Source: Pseudomonadota bacterium
GTDB lineage: Bacteria > UBA10199 > 2-02-FULL-44-16 > JAAZCA01
Assembly (NCBI GenBank): GCA_043822785.1
Contig: JBDRBN010000068.1
Location: 1 to 51,968 of the forward strand
Length of the DNA stretch: 51,968 nucleotides
Reading direction: 5' to 3'
Positions 29,221-36,346 of the stretch are shown piece after piece (position 1 is the stretch's first letter; every line of letters begins with the position of its first letter). Position numbers and translations under genes: made by a program. A model generated the notes under the pieces. That model was given only the letters and a program-made list of their open reading frames with translations. It did no database searches and was not told the origin of the DNA.

Positions 29221-29245
29221 AAAGAGGAGATAAAATCTCCTCTTT
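29221..29245. terminator. Intrinsic terminator hairpin between the convergent rSAM and small genes
   Basis: aaagaggaga-taaaa-tctcctcttt; U-rich tail best on the minus strand. Confidence 0.7.
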
Positions 29246-29282
29246 CTACAACATCGTGTATATCTAAATTCTTAAAACTTAA

Positions 29283-29384
29283 CTAAAACGTCCGAAATGT
29301 TTTTTTTCTCGTTGCTTCTTCCGCACCAGCTCTTTTCCTCTTTGCTTCGGGTACACCCATTTTTGCTATACGCATTTTTGCCAT
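29283..29384 (-). CDS. Unannotated 33-aa basic peptide MAKMRIAKMGVPEAKRKRAGAEEATRKKTFRTF
   Basis: AGGAGGTG SD before ATG, sigma70-like promoter upstream, terminator downstream. Confidence 0.65.
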   Translation of the reverse strand: MAKMRIAKMGVPEAKRKRAGAEEATRKKTFRTF

Positions 29385-29413
29385 AATCAGACCACCTCCT
29401 TTTTATTTATTCC

Positions 29414-29442
29414 ATTATAATCATATTGGATCCTTCCATCAA
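29414..29442 (-). promoter_or_regulatory. Sigma70-type promoter TTGATG-N17-TATAAT for the 33-aa gene
   Basis: -35 at 29442-29437, -10 at 29419-29414. Confidence 0.65.
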
Positions 29443-29573
29443 GGCCAATTTTACCGCAGAATTTGGCGTGGGTTAAGTTTACGGGCAGGTTGTTTTTATT
29501 AGCAGGGAGGGCTCCTTTCGGTTCATCGCCGAAAGGCCGAGGGGTTTAACTTCGACGTAAGTAGGTTTTGCGA

Positions 29574-29715
29574 AAGGGTTGTTGGAGATGTTCCTCGAGC
29601 GGCATCAGGAGGCGCTGTGATCTAAGCCTACAATGCTACAGCGCCGAGTGAGCAGGCGATGAGGCGGCGTTTGAGCCGAAGAGCCGTAGCGAGAGGAATA
29701 TCTCCTACAACCCTT
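29574..29715. mobile_element. 142-bp MITE-like / structured palindromic element
   Basis: 23-bp terminal inverted repeats (21/23 match) with internal hairpin ggcgctgt...acagcgcc; no clear TSD. Confidence 0.5.
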
Positions 29716-29718
29716 AGC

Positions 29719-29791
29719 GTTCTCACCTCTGCACATCTGTTCAGCGAAAGTGTGCGCAGATCAAAACACTCAATTTGTCCGTCTTATGTGA
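29719..29791 (+). repeat. ~74-bp dispersed direct repeat, copy 1
   Basis: About 78% identical to copy 2 by manual alignment, one gap. Confidence 0.85.
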
Positions 29792-29795
29792 GTTT

Positions 29796-30068
29796 TTACG
29801 CAGCGCGGCTCTTGAAGACAGCCTTCTCGAGTTTTTCAAGGCGTTCGAGTATTGTCTTTGTGTCGCCTATGAGGGCCTGCCTGAGGAGCTGATTCAAGAG
29901 GGTCTGATATCTCGTGCCAGAGCCTTGAGCAGTTTCCTTGAGCGCTTGAAGTACATCCTCATCCAGAAATGTGGTGACGCGAATCTTCGCGGTGTGCACC
30001 TGTTCCGCAGATAGCCTTGGCCCCTTGACCCTCTTCATCTTATTTGGATCTGGAATTTTCTCTTTCAT
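29796..30068 (-). CDS. brnA: BrnA-family antitoxin (CopG/RHH)
   Basis: K.RVTTFLDEDVL..LK..A...GTRYQTLLNQLLRQ; overlaps brnT. Confidence 0.8.
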   Translation of the reverse strand: MKEKIPDPNKMKRVKGPRLSAEQVHTAKIRVTTFLDEDVLQALKETAQGSGTRYQTLLNQLLRQALIGDTKTILERLEKLEKAVFKSRAA

Positions 30069-30345
30069 AGAATCGTCTCCACTTTCTCCACTTCGCTGCG
30101 CCGAATATCCGTATCGTCTGTCCTCTAACGATATAGCGCACGGTGACTACCTCGCCATTCGATGTCCTGCCGACTGCATAGAAGCGATCCTCCGCTGATG
30201 AATGCTTTTTGTCTTCAAGGTGAATGACTTCCGGGTCTGCGAACACTTCTATTGCGACCATAAAAGATACTCCGTGCTTCGAGAGGTTTTCAAGCTCCCG
30301 CTCGATGTCCCACTCAAATGCATATTCTGTATTTATATTATACAT
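30040..30345 (-). CDS. brnT: BrnT-family ribonuclease toxin (start uncertain)
   Basis: FEWD..RELENLSKHGVSF..A.EVF.DP, HS..EDRF..VG, IRIFGA. Confidence 0.88.
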   Translation of the reverse strand: MYNINTEYAFEWDIERELENLSKHGVSFMVAIEVFADPEVIHLEDKKHSSAEDRFYAVGRTSNGEVVTVRYIVRGQTIRIFGAAKWRKWRRFYERENSRSK

Positions 30346-30366
30346 ATGTTATACATACTCTGTCAA
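30337..30366 (-). promoter_or_regulatory. Consensus promoter TTGACA-N18-TATAAT with tandem TATGTATAA operator repeats
   Basis: Seen directly upstream of and overlapping the brnT ORF start. Confidence 0.7.
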
Positions 30367-30562
30367 AGACAATTCCGCACTCGTTAGGTTTGTTGTGCAA
30401 GCGAGGGGCCAGGGAATTGTGCTTAGATTTCAAGCTGAACAGCCAAGAATAGTGACGAATTCACAGCAGGGGTGCATAGAAACGCTGCAGGGATGCAGTG
30501 AAGGGCAGATTGCAGGATGTTTCGCATGGACATGAAGAGGGCTCAGGGTTATCATAAAAAAT

Positions 30563-30636
30563 GTTCTCATGTCTGCACACGTGTTCGCCAAAAGTGTGCT
30601 TGGATCAAAACACTCGATTTGCTCCGTCATACATAA
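30563..30636 (+). repeat. ~74-bp dispersed direct repeat, copy 2
   Basis: 63/74 ungapped identity with copy 3 (manual count). Confidence 0.9.
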
Positions 30637-30748
30637 CTTCATAAGTCGCATGGCTTCTAATACGCTGATTTAAAAAGGCTATTAGCTGTTATGTCGTAAA
30701 TCCCATTATATATATTCACAGATTCCAGAACAGGAGTATAATTATTGA

Positions 30749-32419
30749 GTGAAAAACTATCAAAAATTATTAAAAAATTTTTTATATTTTATTTTATTAA
30801 TTTTTATCACTTATGGGTGCGGCGGTGGAGGAGGCTCTTCATCTTCTAATGGAGATCAAACAGGTGAAATACTTCCTTTGGAAGAGGATCGCACCGTTTA
30901 CGATCAGGATAGCCTAAACATCTTAACATTGCTTGTGGAAATTCTACCAGGTGGAGCAACCCTCGATGAGGTGAACGCCAATACTGATTGGGAAAATGAT
31001 CTAAAGACAGAAGCCGTGGTGACCATTTCCGAGCCAGGATACACATTTGGTGATGGTTCGGGTTTTGGTGGTGGTATGATGAGGCTTCGTGGTCACACTT
31101 CAAGGCTTGCAGCCCTTAAATCTTACCGAATCAAGCTCGATAGCAGTACAAATCTTTGGAGAAATCATCGCACCCTCGAGTTAAATAAGCACCCATATGA
31201 TTTGACCCGTATGAGAAACAAGCTGAGTTTCGATTATTTCAAGACTATCCCCAATATGACGAGCTTGAGGACGCAATTCATTCAGCTGTTTATCGACGGA
31301 GTGGATTATGGGCTGTACACACTGATAGAGAGGACCAATGAGCTCTTCTTGAAGAGTCACGGCTTGGATGAGGGCGGCCATATATACAAGGCAGAGGATT
31401 TTGAATTTTTTAGATACCCTAACAATCTCAAGAATACAGATGATCCTACTTATAATGAAGAGGCGTTTGAAGATATCTTGGAGATCAGGGGGGAAAAAAA
31501 CGATCATTCGAAATTGCTTTCCATGCTTGACGATGTGAATGACGAAAGCATTGATATCAACACCGTCATCAGCACTCATTTCCAGCGCGACAACTATTTA
31601 ACCTGGTTTGCGATAAATATCCTATTGGGGAACATTGATACAAATTCGCAAAACTTTTTTCTATATAGCCCTACGACTTCAAACGGATGGTATTTTCTGC
31701 CCTGGGATTATGACGGTGGTTGGGATTTTTATGGCCAACCGATCGAGGTTGCTCGGAATACAGTGCGAAGATGGACCCAAGGCATATCGAATTGGTGGGG
31801 CGTTGTTTTACATAAGAGGTTCATCAAAGACCCAGCTAACCTGCAGGATTTGGTCACTAAAGCCACAGAGTTGAGAAACAGCGTGTTCACTGTGGCAGGG
31901 ACGACGGCATATCTCGATGCATATAGGGCATTGATAGTCGGTTCTATAACGTCACCGCCTGATTTGGATTCTTTGCTCACGGTCGCGGATGATACACCTG
32001 GTAAAATTGCGGAATTAAATGGAGAGATCGATAGGCTGCCCGGCGTAATTGAACAGTCCTATCAAACCTTTATCAATGCATTAGAAAGACCCATGCCCAT
32101 ATACTTAGACGATCCAGAAGTGAACGATGGACAGATAGCATTTAATTGGGATGAATCGTATGATCTTCAGGGAGATGGTTTGACTTATGATTTTCAAATT
32201 AGCACTAATCCCTCATTCGGTGCAGGCGATATCGTCTATGAGAGTCTGAATATGACTACAAACTCAATTGCTATCGATGCCCTGGCCAGTGGCATCTATT
32301 ATTATCGGGTGATTATCCGTGATACAAAGGATCCTAATAATAACTGGCAACTTCCATTTGATTCATATACTGATGATGACAATACTCGTTATGACGGTAT
32401 GAAGCAGTTTGCGATATGA
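30749..32419 (+). CDS. CotH kinase family lipoprotein with C-terminal FN3-like domain
   Basis: Lipobox ITYGC; LRGHTSR..KSYRIKL, MRNKL, YGLYTLIE, GNID...NFFLY, PWDYD. Confidence 0.88.
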   Translation: MKNYQKLLKNFLYFILLIFITYGCGGGGGSSSSNGDQTGEILPLEEDRTVYDQDSLNILTLLVEILPGGATLDEVNANTDWENDLKTEAVVTISEPGYTFGDGSGFGGGMMRLRGHTSRLAALKSYRIKLDSSTNLWRNHRTLELNKHPYDLTRMRNKLSFDYFKTIPNMTSLRTQFIQLFIDGVDYGLYTLIERTNELFLKSHGLDEGGHIYKAEDFEFFRYPNNLKNTDDPTYNEEAFEDILEIRGEKNDHSKLLSMLDDVNDESIDINTVISTHFQRDNYLTWFAINILLGNIDTNSQNFFLYSPTTSNGWYFLPWDYDGGWDFYGQPIEVARNTVRRWTQGISNWWGVVLHKRFIKDPANLQDLVTKATELRNSVFTVAGTTAYLDAYRALIVGSITSPPDLDSLLTVADDTPGKIAELNGEIDRLPGVIEQSYQTFINALERPMPIYLDDPEVNDGQIAFNWDESYDLQGDGLTYDFQISTNPSFGAGDIVYESLNMTTNSIAIDALASGIYYYRVIIRDTKDPNNNWQLPFDSYTDDDNTRYDGMKQFAI

Positions 32420-32433
32420 TGAGCAAGGCCCAT

Positions 32434-33075
32434 TCATTTCTTTTTGTTTCTGTTTTCTTTATAAAACACTTTCAAATTGGCAGTGTCGTTTAAAAAGTCA
32501 ACATCATCGACATCAATGCTTACGACATCTAGCCCGGTGCGCTGCCTTAAGTCCTTAATTATTTCTTCTCGTCTTGTTGGATCGATTAGTTCAATTTTTT
32601 CATATCTCACGCGTTTAACAAGAACGCCTCGTGGGAGACACTTCTTTTCGAGCATATATATGCTGACAACAATAACGATATTACTAAAAAGTATCTCGGC
32701 GTAAGATATGTTTGATGTAGAAAGGGCATTGATTACGCCGACGATGATGGTCACAAAGAGATAGGTCATCTCCCTTATCGGTATCTGCTCTGTGCGGTAT
32801 CTGATGATGGAAAAGACGGCAAACAGACCAAACGCAAAACCAATCTTCAGCTGTATACTGCTCAATAGGGCGCACACAAGAAAAACTGAAATATTAATAA
32901 GAAAATAGGAGAAGAAGAAATTCTTTTGCCGATAAAGAGGGTAAAAGATCCATCGGATAATAATGTAAATGACGAGCAGGTCGATGCCGAACTTAAGTAC
33001 CAACTCTCCTAAACTTCCATAATTTACCAAAGTGTTTCCAAACAATGTAATCTGTTCTAAGTTTAAAGATGTCAT
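32434..33075 (-). CDS. DUF4956 (MgtC/SapB-like) membrane protein
   Basis: GFAFGLFAVFSIIRYRTEQI..REMTYLF, DL..RTGL. Confidence 0.88.
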   Translation of the reverse strand: MTSLNLEQITLFGNTLVNYGSLGELVLKFGIDLLVIYIIIRWIFYPLYRQKNFFFSYFLINISVFLVCALLSSIQLKIGFAFGLFAVFSIIRYRTEQIPIREMTYLFVTIIVGVINALSTSNISYAEILFSNIVIVVSIYMLEKKCLPRGVLVKRVRYEKIELIDPTRREEIIKDLRQRTGLDVVSIDVDDVDFLNDTANLKVFYKENRNKKK

Positions 33076-33878
33076 GCTATATTTCCTTTCCTGGGAAGCT
33101 GGGTACCGCTTAATTTTTCTAAGTTTAGTATGCTCCGCTTAAATCGATTAATCTTAGCAGGATTTTCCATCAATGCAATGCCCGTACAATATTTGCTGAA
33201 TGGTTTTATATATATCTTATTTTTCTTAGCTTCCCTTACAAAGGGCGAACTCAAAGAGAATTTTGCCTGTTTCAATTCTGCCACCGCAATGCCCTTTAGA
33301 TCCTTCTCATGACCGGCGATGTTTCTGTATGTTATTTCCACATCAATAGTTATGCGTTCCATCAGATCAGTGTTGGCCAAAGTGAATCGTGAAAAAAATA
33401 TCCAAAGGCTGGGTTTTATGAGATCCAAATCGATTCCAAAATTTTTAGGAAGTACATTTCTAGTAATATCCTTAATATTATCGGTTAATTCGGTTATGTT
33501 AAAAGATTGTTCAAAACGCTTCTTAATGGTTTTGCGCTTGTTGGTTTTAAATTTGATTTCCCAAAAGTGTGAATTCAAGTCGACGTATTTTCTGTATCTT
33601 AATTTATATCTGTTAAACTTGCGGTTGTGATGCTGCTGATAAAAAATACAGTCTTCAGTGTCGAAATACAGATTTTCATATTTGAAAAATCTTTTATTAT
33701 TCATCTCCAAAATCCTGTAATGAGGCAGAAGACTTTCCATCAGAGAAAATAATTTTTTAGTTGAAAAAATGAATTTTGTATCGTGCCTTTTGAGTAACTT
33801 TACAGACGCTTTTATGGAATCGATCTCTTCCAGGGTAATCGGTTTAAACTTTTTGATTATGTCTTCACAGCCATTCAT
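33072..33878 (-). CDS. VTC-domain (polyphosphate polymerase, CYTH-like) protein
   Basis: RHDTKF, YENLYFDT, RYKLRYRKY, EIK.K, ERITID, AELK, FSKYC. Confidence 0.9.
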   Translation of the reverse strand: MNGCEDIIKKFKPITLEEIDSIKASVKLLKRHDTKFIFSTKKLFSLMESLLPHYRILEMNNKRFFKYENLYFDTEDCIFYQQHHNRKFNRYKLRYRKYVDLNSHFWEIKFKTNKRKTIKKRFEQSFNITELTDNIKDITRNVLPKNFGIDLDLIKPSLWIFFSRFTLANTDLMERITIDVEITYRNIAGHEKDLKGIAVAELKQAKFSLSSPFVREAKKNKIYIKPFSKYCTGIALMENPAKINRFKRSILNLEKLSGTQLPRKGNIA

Positions 33879-34103
33879 AGATCATCCGTTGTGTCGTTGG
33901 CAGCCTGCTAAAAAACTATTAATAACATATAGTTAACATATTTTAAAGGCAAAAAAAGATGCTGTAAAGAAGCTCCATGATAATAGATGTTAGCACTCGC
34001 TATTGCAATGATAAGTGGCTCTCATATTTGAGATTATGCTTTGATGAGATATCAGTTTTAATGTATTTTAAGGCGTCGATGGATTGTGCAGAGATCGATA
34101 AAT

Positions 34104-34784
34104 ATGAGAATAATATCTAAAATAACCTTTTTCATCTTTTTGCTCTCTCTCTACTCAAGCTCCGCCATGGCAGCCTCAGATCTAAGGCTCTGGCTGGAGG
34201 CGGGCTTGAGATATAGGATTACAAAAAAACTTCATCTCGGGTTTGATCAGCACGTAAGATTTGATGATGATGTTTCACATGTTGAGGAAGTTAGCCCTGA
34301 GATATTTGTCAGATATAGAGTAGTCAAGTTTTTCCGCGTAGGTGGAGGTTATCGTCTGATCTTTGAGCCCTTAAGCGATAATGGCAATTCATATACCGAT
34401 ATCTGGCATAGATTCTTTGTGGATTTTCTGTTCAGTCATACCATGAAACCAGTTACCTTGAGATATCGCCTTCGCTTTCAAGAGCAGTTTGGATGGCCAC
34501 AGGATAAGACACCAGAAACATTGCAGGTTAAGCATACTGTCAGAAACAAACTCGGCATCCATTTTAATTTAGGCAAGGGATTTACGCCATTTATCGCTGG
34601 TGAAGTTTTTGGAAGGTTTGGTGATAAGGACGGCTTTTTGCATAAGTGGCGTGCCACATCAGGCCTTGACTACGGTTACAAATCAAACGAATTTACTTTC
34701 TTTATCGGCAGCGAGGGCCTGTTAGACAAATCAGATGAACCCACCCGAATTATTTTTGGGCTCGGTTATCATTATATTTTCTAG
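34104..34784 (+). CDS. DUF2490-like outer-membrane beta-barrel protein
   Basis: Signal peptide; HRF, LRYRLRFQEQF, VRNKL; ends GLGYHYIF. Confidence 0.75.
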   Translation: MRIISKITFFIFLLSLYSSSAMAASDLRLWLEAGLRYRITKKLHLGFDQHVRFDDDVSHVEEVSPEIFVRYRVVKFFRVGGGYRLIFEPLSDNGNSYTDIWHRFFVDFLFSHTMKPVTLRYRLRFQEQFGWPQDKTPETLQVKHTVRNKLGIHFNLGKGFTPFIAGEVFGRFGDKDGFLHKWRATSGLDYGYKSNEFTFFIGSEGLLDKSDEPTRIIFGLGYHYIF

Positions 34785-34831
34785 GACTCAGTGCTAATCA
34801 TCCTAAAAACTGCGCAGTACAGTCATGTGGT

Positions 34832-34905
34832 GTTCTCCATTCAGCACATGTGTTCGCCCAAAGTGTACTTGGATCAAAACACAGAGTTTGCTCCGTCATA
34901 CATAA
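34832..34905 (+). repeat. ~74-bp dispersed direct repeat, copy 3
   Basis: See copy 2; both are followed 25-30 nt later by TGATTTAAAAA. Confidence 0.9.
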
Positions 34906-35014
34906 GCTGCACTGTTTGATCACTTATCGTGATTTAAAAACTTCAGACGAATCGATGAGTTCAGCAAGCATCTCTTAGAGGCGTGTTCATGTTTTATAGC
35001 AACCTCTGATTGGT

Positions 35015-35030
35015 TGGCACGTCCTTTGCT
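35015..35030 (+). promoter_or_regulatory. Sigma54 (-24/-12) promoter TGGCAC-GTCCT-TTGCT
   Basis: Exact match to TGGCACG-N4-TTGCW consensus at the head of a co-oriented gene run. Confidence 0.75.
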
Positions 35031-35043
35031 CTATATGCAGGCC

Positions 35044-36339
35044 ATGACGCGCAATCAGGGGCCTTCATATATAATGCTTGTTATGCTTTTGGCTGCAGCA
35101 ATAACAATGCAGCCAATCATCTGTTGTGCCCAATCCGCCCTACCTCCCTCACGTTCTGCAGCAGTAGAGCCCTTTATTGATGGCGATGCTGATGATGAAA
35201 GCCGCGATATCGCCCAGGCCCTCTCATCAGTGCTAAGGCTCATGACAGACCATCGCATTGCTGATTCAAAAACAGCGGGCATGGTCTTGGCTTATCAGGA
35301 TGTTTCAAAACCGAACAGAAGCCAAACGAACGATGCTGCAAGCACCCTTGCTCGGGCCAAGGAACATTACTTTTCTTTCCAATACCACGAAGCCGTCAAA
35401 GGCATAGATCAAGCCATATCCATGCTTGAAGGTGCAAAGCTTGATGAAGAAACAGGCCCTTTGCTTGTCGATGCATATATTTCAAAGGCGCTCATAGCCA
35501 AATCCAAAGGGAGTATAGCAGATGTTAAGCAGGCATTGGGCAAGGCGCTCTTAGTCAATCCATTGCTTGATCTCAAAGACAATGATTATCCGCCAAGCCT
35601 TGTTGCTCTGTTTGAAGAGCTAAAGGCCGGCGTAGTTTCAGAGCACACAGGTGCAATCAAGATAAAATCAAAGCCCGAGGGCGCAGATGTGTTTCTCAAC
35701 GGCATTCGCCAGGGCGTTACGCCCCTTAGACTAAATGATTTGCCCCAAGGCAGTTATTCGCTTCTGATCAGCGCAAACAAATACGAATCAGATAAAAGAG
35801 AAGTAGAGCTTCTTGCCGATAAGGAGCTTATGGTCAAAGCGCGCCTTAAGTGGATCAAGAATAATGAACCAAAGGTGGATTTGGAATCGGATGAGGGCGC
35901 ATCAAATGCGATCAGCAAAGGCCTTGAGCTTTCCAATGTGCTCAAGGTGGACAGAGTCATTCTGGTAGATGCGGATGCAAAAGCACAGGGAGTGCTTATG
36001 ATCTCCGCTCGAACCGTCGATAGAAAGATGCAAGCAGGCCTTAAGCCCATCGTGTTGCCAGATGTTTCGCTGGAGTACAAACACAATCGCATAGCAGAGC
36101 TGGCTGGTGAGTTGGCGGATCAGCTCGATGCAGATGTGCTTTCAGATCCGGCCCGCACCATCGACCCCATAGGCCAAGGCGATCCAGTGCTTCTTGCCAA
36201 GAGAAAAAAACCGCTTATGCGCCGCCCGCTCTTTTGGGGTGCGATAGGCGTGGCAGTAGCAGGCGCAATCGTGGGTGGAATAGTTGCAGCCATGTCAGGC
36301 AGCTCAAAAACAGGAACAGTCAAGGTCAGCTTCAAGTGA
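35044..36339 (+). CDS. PEGA-domain exported protein with TPR-like region and C-terminal hydrophobic helix (start 35044 or 35074)
   Basis: IKSKPEGADVFLNG...GVTP.....L..GSY PEGA motif; FWGAIGVAVAGAIVGG tail. Confidence 0.78.
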   Translation: MTRNQGPSYIMLVMLLAAAITMQPIICCAQSALPPSRSAAVEPFIDGDADDESRDIAQALSSVLRLMTDHRIADSKTAGMVLAYQDVSKPNRSQTNDAASTLARAKEHYFSFQYHEAVKGIDQAISMLEGAKLDEETGPLLVDAYISKALIAKSKGSIADVKQALGKALLVNPLLDLKDNDYPPSLVALFEELKAGVVSEHTGAIKIKSKPEGADVFLNGIRQGVTPLRLNDLPQGSYSLLISANKYESDKREVELLADKELMVKARLKWIKNNEPKVDLESDEGASNAISKGLELSNVLKVDRVILVDADAKAQGVLMISARTVDRKMQAGLKPIVLPDVSLEYKHNRIAELAGELADQLDADVLSDPARTIDPIGQGDPVLLAKRKKPLMRRPLFWGAIGVAVAGAIVGGIVAAMSGSSKTGTVKVSFK

Positions 36340-36346
36340 GGTGAAT

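Noticed and set aside
29659..30535. Several plus-strand ORFs across the structured element and brnTA
   Set aside because: Antisense shadows or repeat-derived, with no RBS or recognisable motifs.
30430..30651. 73-aa Cys-rich ORF, and similar CFD..TL..N.C peptides from the repeats, as rSAM precursors
   Set aside because: Peptide similarity follows from DNA identity and appears in frames on both strands; no SD; copy 1 has an indel and no start. Not excluded, but unsupported.
30651..30666. Second sigma54 promoter (TGGCTTCTAATACGCT) upstream of cotH
   Set aside because: GG-N10-GC spacing fits but flanking consensus is poor; could be chance.
29719..34905. Three repeats as a CRISPR array or classical integron attC sites
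   Set aside because: Units are ~74 bp with kb-scale, gene-containing spacing and no cas genes. An ACATAAC...GTTATGT pair at 30631-30694 lacks convincing internal attC symmetry and is not shared by the other copies.
35014..35043. TTG start of the PEGA ORF
   Set aside because: Lies within the sigma54 promoter; a downstream ATG is more plausible.
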